A stretch of 32,000 bases of DNA, taken from positions 1,650,001 through 1,682,000 of the forward strand of contig NC_013849.1 in the NCBI RefSeq assembly GCF_000025505.1, written 5' to 3'. Below the pieces are notes generated by a model that did not search any database, was not told the origin of the DNA, and was given only the letters and a program-made list of their open reading frames with translations. Each line of letters opens with the position of its first letter. Positions within the stretch are counted from its first letter, which is position 1. The position numbers and the translations under genes are program-made. This document shows positions 8,667 through 17,120 of the stretch, in pieces. This stretch comes from Ferroglobus placidus DSM 10642. Lineage in GTDB: Archaea; Halobacteriota; Archaeoglobi; Archaeoglobales; Archaeoglobaceae.

Positions 8667-9695
8667 TCACAATCCGCCTCTTAACTTTTTAAGAGAGGAG
8701 TAGACAGTATTTCCAACCTTTCCTAATATAGATAGGTTTTTTGAAGTAGAATACCAAGGAACGAGCTCTGGATTAAACTTTGCCTTGTAATGTCTCAGTC
8801 TTTGATCATCTCCAGCGTCAATCTCTTCGTAAAACTTAAATCCGCTTTTCCAGCTCCACTTAATAGCTTCCCATTGAAGAACGTCGTTCGGATAGACTCC
8901 TTTTATTGACGTTTTACTCATCCCAAACCAATAGGAAACTCTGTCCTTGTGACAGAGTAAAACGATCCCGCCAACAACATCTCCTGAATATTCAGCGACG
9001 AATATCCTCAGCTTCTCGGGATAGTACTTTTCGAAAATTTCTTTGAAATAGCTTTCGTAGTAGTCTTCTGGGAGTTTAACTCCCATTTCCTCAAATCTCC
9101 TTTTCATATTCAATCTCACAAACTCCAGATCCTCGAAATCTCCGTCTCTAATACTTACTCCCCTCTGCTTTGACTTTTCTACGCTTCTCCTTAGAGATCT
9201 GTCCAAATCATCCCAAATTTTTGTAAGGTCTCTTTTCAAACTCAAAACGTAGGTGTACTGAGGAGTAACGGAGTATCCACACCAGTTAAAGGGGCGTGAA
9301 TCCAGTAAAAATGGTGGAGTTCTTATTCTCACATAGTCAGCTCCAAGCCCTTTGAGAAAAGTATCTACTGCTTTAACAGATTCGATGAGAATCGTTTCCT
9401 TTTTGCTTTGCTTCAACTTTTCATAAGAGATCAAAGCCGGTCCGAGGTAAACCATGATGACTTTGGGCGGAGGTGAGAAAGCGAGTGTTAATCCAAACCT
9501 TCTTGTTAAGAAGATCGGGAAAATTGCTACCGGAGTTGAGTTCTTTTTTACGACTAACGGATAGAGCTTCGCTTTGGAGTAATTCTCCGCTGCTTTCAAC
9601 CACCCCCATTCGTGAAATATCGTCGTATAATCGGCTTTATTTACCAACTCATCCCATTCCTCTTCGTTTACAATTTCAGCTAAGTACTCCGACAT
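8667..9695 (-). CDS. FemAB-like (Acetyltransf_6 / BioF2-like GNAT-fold) aminoacyl/peptidyl-transferase family protein, paralog 1
   Basis: 342 aa. The N-terminal motif TTIFHEWGWLKAAENY and the later YPNDVLQWEAIKW resemble the FemAB-related proteins of exopolysaccharide loci. It is colinear with the paralog at 11944-12948. Confidence 0.65.
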   Translation of the reverse strand: MSEYLAEIVNEEEWDELVNKADYTTIFHEWGWLKAAENYSKAKLYPLVVKKNSTPVAIFPIFLTRRFGLTLAFSPPPKVIMVYLGPALISYEKLKQSKKETILIESVKAVDTFLKGLGADYVRIRTPPFLLDSRPFNWCGYSVTPQYTYVLSLKRDLTKIWDDLDRSLRRSVEKSKQRGVSIRDGDFEDLEFVRLNMKRRFEEMGVKLPEDYYESYFKEIFEKYYPEKLRIFVAEYSGDVVGGIVLLCHKDRVSYWFGMSKTSIKGVYPNDVLQWEAIKWSWKSGFKFYEEIDAGDDQRLRHYKAKFNPELVPWYSTSKNLSILGKVGNTVYSSLKKLRGGL

Positions 9696-9704
9696 ACGTC
9701 TCCC

Positions 9705-10823
9705 TCAAAACCTCCTCCCCAGGATTTCGAAAATTTCATAGAGATTTGGTGTTAAATCCGAAAAGTCGAACATAAATTCCCTATACTTAAGAAAATTCAG
9801 GAAATCCAACAGATTTCTTATTTTTTCTTTTTTCGTTTCTTTTTTAGAAAAAAGAACATCTGCTATCGACTTGAAGTCCTCTAAAAAACTTCTCAAATGA
9901 ATGCCTTCAGCGTGTTTCGTTTCGATTTCGTCAATTATGCCGAAATAAAATCTATAAAGCAACCAAGGGAAGTCAACTCCACAAATTGCAGCAGCATTAA
10001 CGCTGCCCCAGAACCTCGGATTTACATCGATGAGCTTTGGTTTACCATCGGTTTCGTCGATAATAAAATCAAAATTAATTATCCCGGAATACTCGACCTC
10101 CTCCGCAAGCTTTTCAGAATATTTCAAACAATCGTCGTTTCTGGAGCTTTTGAGGTAAGTGGCTGGTCCGAAGGGATACGGATAAAATCTCAACCTTTCG
10201 TAAACGAAAGCAGCTACAAAGTTCGATTTATCGCAGATTCCAGAAATGCTCAGCTGCTTTCCTTCTACCACTCTCTGAAGGAGAACGTCCTTCTCATTAA
10301 ATCTGAGTTCATCTTTAAGTGAAAGGTACTCGGATTCGTTCCTTATTACGTAAACTTCCCTCCCTCCACTACCAATTCTGAATTTTAAAATGAACTCACC
10401 AGATTTTGCAAATTCAAGAGCATCAGATTCGGATTTCGGGAAAACTGTCTCTGGCACAGGGATTCCTATTTTTTGAGAGATTTCAGTAATTCTTCCCTTA
10501 TCTACCAATGTCTTGACAGCCTCATAATCCCCACAAGCTATCCTAATTCCGTTTTCAATTTTCGATTTAACTTTAGCAAGATCGACAAGCTCTTTTTCTG
10601 GAAGAAGCGGAATAAACAGTTCGCAATTCTCATTCAAAGCCACTTCCAAGGCTTCCCGGTAACTTCTCACGAGGTGATTTTTCGAAGAATATTTTGAGTA
10701 GAACGCCGGAACTCTTTCTTTACTTGAAGCTAAATGAACTCTAACTCCTCTCCTACCCAGAGACCTCGCTATTGGTAAAGCAGGAGAGTCTGCTGCGTCG
10801 TAAACCATTATATTTTTTCTCAT
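9705..10823 (-). CDS. ATP-grasp enzyme (predicted carboxylate-amine ligase, COG3919-like)
   Basis: 372 aa. N-terminal Rossmann-like region (DSPALPIARSLGRRGVRVHL). Central ATP-grasp region (FILKFRIGSGGREVYVI, LLQRVVEG). C-terminal metal-binding region INFDFIIDETDGKPKLIDVNPRFWGS. Confidence 0.75.
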   Translation of the reverse strand: MRKNIMVYDAADSPALPIARSLGRRGVRVHLASSKERVPAFYSKYSSKNHLVRSYREALEVALNENCELFIPLLPEKELVDLAKVKSKIENGIRIACGDYEAVKTLVDKGRITEISQKIGIPVPETVFPKSESDALEFAKSGEFILKFRIGSGGREVYVIRNESEYLSLKDELRFNEKDVLLQRVVEGKQLSISGICDKSNFVAAFVYERLRFYPYPFGPATYLKSSRNDDCLKYSEKLAEEVEYSGIINFDFIIDETDGKPKLIDVNPRFWGSVNAAAICGVDFPWLLYRFYFGIIDEIETKHAEGIHLRSFLEDFKSIADVLFSKKETKKEKIRNLLDFLNFLKYREFMFDFSDLTPNLYEIFEILGRRF

Positions 10824-11947
10824 TACAATTCCCCAAATACAACCCTCTGATACAGTTCGAAATACCTCCTGCCGATATTGGGAAATGAAAACTTATTCTT
10901 CACGTATTTTCTGATAAAACTGCTTGGAAACTTTCTGTGATTATCTATCATCCACTCTATCGCTTGCTCGAAAGCTTTTTCATCGGTCACATCCACAACA
11001 ATCCCCGTTTTTCTCACAACGATTTCCTTCTGTCCTTTGTCACTCACTATTACCGGCTTTCCGCAAGCCATAGCTTCTATAACTACGACTCCAAACACTT
11101 CCCACAGACTCGGGAGAATTAGAAAGTCCGTTTCCGGTAAAATCTTCGAAACTTCCTCTCTCTTTTTCGATCCGAGAAATTCAACAACATCAGATAATCC
11201 GTAGTCTTCACTCAATTTTTTGTAGTAACTGAAACGAGAACCCCCGCCAACCAGAAGTAAATGAAAATCGTTTAAATCCGGACGTAAATTCTTAACAGCT
11301 TTTAGTAATTTATCCACACCCTTTATCGGATCGAGCCAACCTACGAAAATTCCTCTGGTTTTATGTCCAGCGTTATTTCCTCTTCTGAACGACTCCGTGT
11401 TTACGGCATTTGGTATTACGAATATCTTATTCGAAACTCCCAAGTTCAAAAGGTACCTCTTAAAAAAATTTGAAGGGACAACAACAGCATCGGCACTGCT
11501 TAAAACTACTTTGCCTAAAAACACTCTCAACTTATCCGATAGCCTTTTCTCAAACCTTTTTTGGAACTTCATGTGCTCCGTCAGCATTACTGGCTTTTTC
11601 CTCAATTTTCCGAGGATTATCGAGAGTATTCCGGCTGTAAAGACGTGAGCGTGAATAATATCCGGTTTAACTTCCCTTTCAATTTTAAGGAGTTCGAAAA
11701 CTACGAGAGGATAAAGAAAGAAATGGAGCTTAGCTGGAAGTTCCCTCACACTAATTCTGTACACAATGATGCTGTCATCCTGAAATTTTTCCACCTTAAC
11801 AGCTTTTCCCAAATTTTTTTCTAAATATATGTGTACGAGAAAAGATTTTACGTATTTTGAAGTTGCAACCGCTAAGTCCCTAACGAAGATGCCAGATGCG
11901 GAATTCTTCTTATGAGGATACCAAGGAGTGATAGATAACACCTTCAC
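10823..11947 (-). CDS. GT-B glycosyltransferase, family GT4 (Glycos_transf_1)
   Basis: Canonical C-terminal motif SLWEVFGVVVIEAMACGKPVIVSD. GTG start in a GTGA overlap with the upstream FemAB-like stop. Its stop overlaps the next ATG by 1 nt (TAATG). Confidence 0.85.
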   Translation of the reverse strand: MKVLSITPWYPHKKNSASGIFVRDLAVATSKYVKSFLVHIYLEKNLGKAVKVEKFQDDSIIVYRISVRELPAKLHFFLYPLVVFELLKIEREVKPDIIHAHVFTAGILSIILGKLRKKPVMLTEHMKFQKRFEKRLSDKLRVFLGKVVLSSADAVVVPSNFFKRYLLNLGVSNKIFVIPNAVNTESFRRGNNAGHKTRGIFVGWLDPIKGVDKLLKAVKNLRPDLNDFHLLLVGGGSRFSYYKKLSEDYGLSDVVEFLGSKKREEVSKILPETDFLILPSLWEVFGVVVIEAMACGKPVIVSDKGQKEIVVRKTGIVVDVTDEKAFEQAIEWMIDNHRKFPSSFIRKYVKNKFSFPNIGRRYFELYQRVVFGEL

Positions 11948-12948
11948 TTACTCTTCCCTCCGAACATGGTATAGAAAGTGCTGGCAATACTCGCTTTTGC
12001 GTTTTTCTTTACTACAACAAAGTAAAGCCACAAATCCGGGTTATATCTCACCTTGAACTCAGAAAGCCTCTCGGTATTTGCACCGATTATTTCGTACTTT
12101 TTGTAACCGCTCGTTTGCGCTTTCTCTATAACATGCCAGTTGAGCAGGTCGTTTGGGTAGGTTCCAGAAACCGTAACCTTGGGATTGCCAATCCAACTCG
12201 ATACTTTATCTCTATAAGCCAAATCGATTATTCCAGTAACCACCTCTCCTTCAAACTCGACAACGACGACCTTAACTTTCTCTGAAAGTGCATTGTAAAT
12301 TTCAAGGAGGTATTCCACGTTAACGTCAGAGCTTTTGTTTTGCTCTGAATACCTCAAGTTTACGAGTTCAATAACCTTCTTTAACTCCCTTACGCCTCCC
12401 TCGTAGATATCAAATCCAACCTTCTTAGCTTTTTTGATGTTTTGTCTGAGCTTCTTTTCGATTGACATCCAAAGTTCCTCGGAACTCCTATTCAGGTCGA
12501 TAACGTAGCTGTAAAACGGATCAGCTTTGTAGTTATTCCATTTAAACGGTCTAACATCAACAAGTCCTGGAGGGGTAAAAATCCTCACGAAATCAGCGTT
12601 CAATTCCCTAAAAAATTCGTCTAAGGCTTTAATTGAGCGACGGTAGTTGTACTCCACTATGCTACTCCTTAAATTGCGATCGTTCAAAATTAAAGGTCCT
12701 AAATACGGAATAGCCAATTTGGGTGGCGGAGAGAAGACCAAGTTTATTGATTTTAACCTTTTGTAGAATACTGGAAACAGACTTACGGGCTCCATTCCCT
12801 TGTAGCAAACGACTGGATAAAACTTCCACCCGGAATGTTTCTCTGCTGCTTTCAACCACTTCCACTCGTGAAATATCGTTGCGAAGGACGAAGAGTTAAC
12901 GAGTTCATCCCACAAAGTTCCATCTTCAACAGTTTTAAGCTCGACCAT
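11944..12948 (-). CDS. FemAB-like (Acetyltransf_6) family protein, paralog 2
   Basis: 334 aa, colinear with 8667-9695 (ATIFHEWKWLKAAEKH, FSPPPK, YPNDLLNWHVIEKA). The ATG directly abuts the upstream stop (TAAATG). Confidence 0.65.
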   Translation of the reverse strand: MVELKTVEDGTLWDELVNSSSFATIFHEWKWLKAAEKHSGWKFYPVVCYKGMEPVSLFPVFYKRLKSINLVFSPPPKLAIPYLGPLILNDRNLRSSIVEYNYRRSIKALDEFFRELNADFVRIFTPPGLVDVRPFKWNNYKADPFYSYVIDLNRSSEELWMSIEKKLRQNIKKAKKVGFDIYEGGVRELKKVIELVNLRYSEQNKSSDVNVEYLLEIYNALSEKVKVVVVEFEGEVVTGIIDLAYRDKVSSWIGNPKVTVSGTYPNDLLNWHVIEKAQTSGYKKYEIIGANTERLSEFKVRYNPDLWLYFVVVKKNAKASIASTFYTMFGGKSK

Positions 12949-13434
12949 TTAAATCACATCCAAACGATCAACATACGGATACTCACAACTGTAAGCAGCT
13001 TTGTTTTTGCCGTAAATAACTTTTAAAGGACTATTTACCTTCCTCATCCAGAGATCTGCAATTTGTGAAGCTGTCAGAAATTTCGCTCCATTTAACTTTC
13101 CGAGCTCGATCGCGTATAGATAAAGCCCTATCCAATCTGAAAAGTTGTCATAATTGAACAGAACATGATGCCAAAGAATGCAAAAAACTTCCCCGAATTT
13201 TTTCACATCATCAAACAACTCTCTTACAATATTTTTACCACTTTCCGGATTCTCCAGAGAGACGTCCATTACAGTCAGAGGTATCTCAAGAATCTCAATT
13301 CTTTTCCCCTGTTTTGTGTAGGGTTTAAAGGGTTTGCTCGTACCCCACCTAAATCCAACTCCGTCTTTACTCTTGAAGCCAAGCGAAGCATCGTAAATAA
13401 AACCCGCCTTCTCCTGAATTTTCCACGTTTCTGG
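12949..13434 (-). pseudogene. C-terminal fragment of a CE4 / NodB-type polysaccharide deacetylase split by an IS insertion
   Basis: I translated the frame upstream of the track ORF (12949-13269). It stays open to 13467 and reads ...SPETWKIQEKAGFIYDASLGFKSKDGVGFRWGTSKPFKPYTKQGKRIEILEIPLTVMDVSLE.... This continues exactly from the N-terminal fragment, which ends ...NLNLTIPET. The 106-aa track ORF is just an internal Met. Confidence 0.8.
13427..13434. repeat. Left copy of the 8-bp target-site duplication GTTTCTGG
   Basis: Identical octamer at 14122-14129, immediately outside both IS termini. In both copies it encodes P-E-T in the deacetylase frame. Confidence 0.8.
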
Positions 13435-13465
13435 AGACCCGTAAACTTTACCTTCCCAGAATATT
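13435..13465. repeat. Left terminal inverted repeat of the IS
   Basis: See the IS entry. 22 of 31 positions match the reverse complement of 14091-14121. Confidence 0.6.
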
Positions 13466-13480
13466 ATTCAGACAATTTTG

Positions 13481-14114
13481 ATGAAGTTGAAGAAGCTTAT
13501 AGAGGAGCTTGAGTTGTTTGAGAGGGAAAGAGTTCCGAACGACATTAGAATTCTTGGCGTAGCCACTTACGTTCAAACTTCTTCGACGAGGAGAACGGCT
13601 AAAATTCTCTCGGAGTTTCGTCCGGTCTCCCATACGGCTGTGTGGAAATGGATAAAGAAGTTTGAAGAGAAGTTACCAATTTCTACTGAGAAGAAGCGGA
13701 GAAATCTTGTTGCAATAGATGAAACGATTGTCAAAGCTAACAAAAAGAAGTTCTACATTTTTGCCGCGGTAGACGTTGAAAGGAACGAGCTGATTTTAAT
13801 GAGGGTTTACACGACGAGAAACATTCTTACAGCAAGGTCTTTCGTCAAAGAAGTTCTTAATTACTGCGAGAACGAACCCAAGTTTTTGATAGACAAAGCA
13901 CCATGGCTGAGAAAAGCAATAGAAAGTTTAGGCTTGGAATTTAAGCATGAAACCTTTCGGAAAGAGAAGTCTGGTTGAAGCGACGTTCAGCTCATTTAAA
14001 CAGAGAGTTAAGCTGTTCTTCTGTTCGATTTCCACTAAAAATCCAATTAAAAACTGGAATCTATTCTGCAAACTCTTCATGCTCTATTACAATCATCTGA
14101 GGTGGTTAAGTTGA
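13481..14114 (+). pseudogene. IS6-family DDE transposase, interrupted by a +1 frameshift
   Basis: The track ORF 13478-13978 (TTG; the ATG is at 13481) ends ...LGLEFKHETFRKEKSG*. Skipping one base at about 13955-13958 (run TTT then C) gives ...HETFGKRSLVEATFSSFKQRVKLFFCSISTKNPIKNWNLFCKLFMLYYNHLRWLS*, ending at 14114. That is the conserved C-terminal part carrying the catalytic Glu (SLVE). The two Asp candidates lie in VAIDETIV and FAAVDVERN. Confidence 0.7.
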
Positions 14115-14121
14115 CAGGGCT
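14091..14121. repeat. Right terminal inverted repeat of the IS
   Basis: See the IS entry. Confidence 0.6.
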
Positions 14122-14129
14122 GTTTCTGG
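14122..14129. repeat. Right copy of the 8-bp target-site duplication GTTTCTGG
   Basis: Identical to 13427-13434. Confidence 0.8.
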
Positions 14130-15032
14130 GATAGTAAGGTTTAAATTGTGCTGCCTTATTCCCGAAACTTCTTTTCCTATAACATTTTCCAGTCTTTCTT
14201 TTTCCAATTTCATCAATTTTGAATCCTTGAAAGAATTATAAGAGCCATGAAGAGCTATTTCCCACCCGCCTTTGTCAAGTGATCTTATGATTTCAACAAC
14301 CATTTTATCATCAAACTTATACCTTCTTCCGTAATGTTTCCAGCTTTTCGGAGTTAGAGAGGTCTTAGCAGTTTCCTCTAAAAAGAAGAACGTTGATTTA
14401 ACTTCGTAGCTATCCTCCAGCTCCATTAGCTCCTCAAATGTCCAAAATGGATTTTCCTTTTTCAAAAAATCGTGAAAGAATCCATATATCTCTCTAAGAG
14501 CGTCTTTTATTTCCATTCGCTTAAAATGCCTGAGGGCGTTCGTGAAATATTGGTAGGTTTTCGCGATTTCATCAACATCGTGAGTTAAGCATATGGAAAG
14601 GGGTAAATGTTTTCTAAAAAGGGGATAACCATTTTGGCTATACAAATCAGCGATTATGTTCACCAAATTCCTCTCAAGAATGTCCAGATAAGGAATTCTG
14701 CCAATCTTCGCAAAATCGTATCCATTCTTCAAACAATCCTTTTCGAAGTCTCCGGAAATTATGTAGCCAATTATTTCAAAAGGATTAAAGTCCACTCCAG
14801 CATGCGTTTTACTTTGAATTTCAACAAATTTTGAAAAGTTACAGTTATTGATAAAGAAGTCGTAAAGCTGGGAGGTGTCGAAGCTTTCGTTTGAAAACGA
14901 AACTTGAACTTCTGGATTTCTGGAAATTACACCACTCTCTTTGATAACAACATTATCGGCAAGACCGTTTCTTTCTGAAAACAATTTTGCTCCGATCTTA
15001 GAGTAAAAGTTTTCGATACATTTACCCTCCAA
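14122..15032 (-). pseudogene. N-terminal fragment of the CE4 / NodB-type polysaccharide deacetylase (the ORF reads 16 nt into the IS, to a stop at 14106)
   Basis: Motifs LSICLTHDVDE (Asp-Asp metal/catalytic motif), GWEIALHGSYNSF and VSGIRQHNLNL. After ...TIPET the frame continues into the IS inverted repeat (ALST*). The only in-frame start near the 5' end is TTG at 15032. Confidence 0.8.
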
Positions 15033-15041
15033 AGTATAATT

Positions 15042-15052
15042 AAAAATAAAAA
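15042..15052 (-). terminator. Oligo-T tract (T5-A-T5 on the minus strand) just downstream of the PEF-CTERM gene
   Basis: The plus strand reads AAAAATAAAAA, 9 nt beyond the cargo stop codon. Archaeal termination commonly uses oligo-T runs. Confidence 0.35.
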
Positions 15053-15060
15053 TTTTGTTA

Positions 15061-15975
15061 TTATTCTCTTCTGACTATATATACCAAACCAAGCATCAGC
15101 CCGACTGGTATTGCCAGCAACCCGAACTCTGGTATGGGAATGTCGATGTCGTCGTTACCACAGTATTCTGTAAGATGGAAGTTTTTCGGTAATGGTTGCT
15201 GTGGCAGATTCTTGTTTTCCATTCCAACAAAGACCTTAGGAATTGCAAGCTCTATTATGTAATTGGTCCTTCCAAAGTCCATAATCTTCGTGTCTCTCCA
15301 GAAGCCCGGAGCGTAGCCGAGCGGGTCTCCAAGAGCGTTTATCTTCAATCTCGCTGGCGAAGCATCACTGTGTGTTGCATCTTTCCAGCTTCCAGGAGAG
15401 GATGTGTCATAAATCTCGTAGAGAGTCGAATTTCCGACCATCGTGTTTCTCACTGGATGAGTTGACGGGTAATACAATCTGACTCCGAATTCGTAACCGT
15501 AGTCTCCCGTCGATTTATTGCCATCGAGGTCAAGAGCCAGGTCACCTATGTCAGCTGGCTTACCTGAGTAAACTATAGCAATGTAGATGAAGTCCTCATC
15601 TTCAGTCAGGTACATGGCTTCCATGTCGAATTTCTCTCTACCCAGTGGTTGCGGCTCTCCATCGATCAACGGCTCGTAGTAAGTAGAGTAAGAAGAGCCC
15701 ATACCTTTTATGTGTACACCTTCAGCATATGCATCCGCATACCCGAGTTTTGGATCAACATTATCCTCGATGACGAACCTAATCCCCGAGTTTGGTAGCC
15801 ACGCAGACACGTTTCCATTCTCACCGGGAACGCTTGAATCGTTTAAGCCATCTCTCAATTCATCAAGCGTAATTCCCCAGTCGCTCAAATCTCCGTCGAT
15901 AGTTATAGCCATTGCCTTTGGCAACGCCAGTGCAAGCACTACAAGTCCAAACAAAACTTTTAACGTTTTTTTCAT
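15061..15975 (-). CDS. Secreted surface (glyco)protein with a PEF-CTERM sorting signal (predicted archaeosortase substrate)
   Basis: The C-terminus, ...DIDIPIPEFGLLAIPVGLMLGLVYIVRRE, has the Pro-Glu-Phe motif, a TM helix and a basic tail. The N-terminal signal peptide is MKKTLKVLFGLVVLALALPKAMA. There are four N-x-S/T sequons (NDS, NVS, NKS, NST). The mature N-terminus, ITIDGDLSDWG, resembles carbohydrate-binding-type domains. The track start is TTG 15990; I prefer ATG 15975, which has GGTGA 8 nt upstream. Confidence 0.8.
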   Translation of the reverse strand: MKKTLKVLFGLVVLALALPKAMAITIDGDLSDWGITLDELRDGLNDSSVPGENGNVSAWLPNSGIRFVIEDNVDPKLGYADAYAEGVHIKGMGSSYSTYYEPLIDGEPQPLGREKFDMEAMYLTEDEDFIYIAIVYSGKPADIGDLALDLDGNKSTGDYGYEFGVRLYYPSTHPVRNTMVGNSTLYEIYDTSSPGSWKDATHSDASPARLKINALGDPLGYAPGFWRDTKIMDFGRTNYIIELAIPKVFVGMENKNLPQQPLPKNFHLTEYCGNDDIDIPIPEFGLLAIPVGLMLGLVYIVRRE

Positions 15976-16020
15976 TTCATCATTCACCAAATCTCCCTTA
16001 AATTTTCAATTTAATGAACC

Positions 16021-16042
16021 TTTATAGATACAACTATAAAAA
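16021..16042 (-). promoter_or_regulatory. Candidate TATA boxes for the PEF-CTERM cargo gene
   Basis: The 95-bp AT-rich gap (15991-16085) is the largest in the array. On the minus strand, TTTTTATAG (16042-16034) and TCTATAAA (16028-16021) lie about 45-65 nt upstream of the ATG. Confidence 0.3.
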
Positions 16043-16085
16043 CCTTTCTTCCATAAATAGTAAAAACTTGTTATTATGATCATAA

Positions 16086-17114
16086 TTAATGTTCAACTTC
16101 CTCAACGAAGTTCACAAGCCACTCACTTAAATCGACTTTTTCTTTGATAAGAACATCCCTTCTTCTTTTCCAGATTCTTTTAGATCTCTTGTCTTCGAGG
16201 ATTTTAACAGCTCTTTCTAAAGCCTCTTCTTGGTTCGCATAGAACTCAATAAGCTTGTATTTGTTTCTCAACTCAAGCAAGTTACCTGACATTAATCCTG
16301 TAGGTAAACCGCTACTTGTCGATTCGACATGTATGGAGGGCGTTCCGAGTACAGCCGCTTCAACAGCCATTGTAGCTCCTTCTCCAATGTACATGTCAGC
16401 GAAGTAAAGTAAAGAGTGGGCAAGTTCTGGTGGAATTTTCGCATTTTCCCCGTTTTTACTCTCATTAAGTACAACAACGTTTCCGAAATCTTCAAGAGTT
16501 TTTTTGGCTTTCTTATAATCCTCCAATCCTTTCAAACTCCTATCGTGATAGGCATTCCAAGAAATTGTTCTGAAAACTATAAACCTCTCGTTTTTTGGGA
16601 AATCCAAGTAATCGTAAACAGTCCTATCTTCTCTAAAGTTGTTCGGATGCAAGTAAGCTAACTCAAAAAAGCTGTTAAATCGCACATGTTTTTCTCCAAA
16701 ATCTCCAAGAAAGCTCTTTGGTGTAACAACATACTTTGAGAAAGGTACGGTTATCATGTGCAGCTTTTTGGCTATTTCAGTGTCTTCGAGTATCACATAA
16801 TCTCCCCCAACAACCGCATTTGCGTGAACCATGTGAGGGATGGGTCTTCCTATGGTTACATCCGGTCTAAATTTCCTCAATATACTCAGTGAGCTTCTTT
16901 CGTATTTAACAAGTTTGAGCAATTTGGAGTAAATGTTACCACCGCTCTCACCAAGTATTTTGTAGTTTTCATAGTACTTTTCGAGCAAATACATCGTTTC
17001 TCCCTTATTCACAGCTAAAACCAGAATTTCATGTCCTCTTTTCTCCATCTCTTTAACGAAATGTCGAAATATGTGCACGTGTTTTGGATGCACTACTCCA
17101 ATGGCTACCTTCAA
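16086..17114 (-). CDS. DUF354-family protein (archaeal, predicted GT-B-like fold; function unknown)
   Basis: The N-terminus, KVAIGVVHPKHVHIFRHFVKEMEKRGHEILVL, matches my recollection of the DUF354 signature (H-V-H-x-F ... L-x-x-R-G-H-E). TTG start preceded by GAGGTGAGGA. Confidence 0.55.
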   Translation of the reverse strand: MKVAIGVVHPKHVHIFRHFVKEMEKRGHEILVLAVNKGETMYLLEKYYENYKILGESGGNIYSKLLKLVKYERSSLSILRKFRPDVTIGRPIPHMVHANAVVGGDYVILEDTEIAKKLHMITVPFSKYVVTPKSFLGDFGEKHVRFNSFFELAYLHPNNFREDRTVYDYLDFPKNERFIVFRTISWNAYHDRSLKGLEDYKKAKKTLEDFGNVVVLNESKNGENAKIPPELAHSLLYFADMYIGEGATMAVEAAVLGTPSIHVESTSSGLPTGLMSGNLLELRNKYKLIEFYANQEEALERAVKILEDKRSKRIWKRRRDVLIKEKVDLSEWLVNFVEEVEH

Positions 17115-17120
17115 ATTTCC

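Larger units (their letters stand above)
13435..14121 (+). mobile_element. IS6-family insertion sequence (687 bp) inside the deacetylase gene
   Basis: Imperfect terminal inverted repeats: AGACCCGTAAACTTTACC... at 13435 against the reverse complement of the right end, AGCCCTGTCAACTTAACC.... That is 14/18 matches, or 22/31 over the longer stretch. Flanked by an 8-bp direct repeat, which is the IS6-family hallmark. There is a single DDE transposase frame whose end runs into the right inverted repeat. Confidence 0.8.

Noticed and set aside
9421-9609. An alternative-frame 62-aa ORF in FemAB-like paralog 1 has a counterpart (12662-12865, 67 aa) starting M(G/E)VVESS in paralog 2. This looked like a conserved overlapping gene.
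   Set aside because: The shared start falls exactly in the 42-nt stretch where the two paralogs are 36/42 identical at the DNA level. Downstream the two peptides diverge completely. The resemblance is a by-product of paralogy.
12949-13269. The 106-aa ORF in the track could be read as an independent small gene.
   Set aside because: The frame stays open upstream to 13467 and continues the deacetylase sequence. It is the tail of the IS-split CE4 gene, starting at an internal Met.
13165-13512. A 115-aa plus-strand ORF spanning the deacetylase fragment and the left IS end.
   Set aside because: It is antisense to the deacetylase fragment, crosses the IS boundary, and has no motifs. It is a chance ORF.
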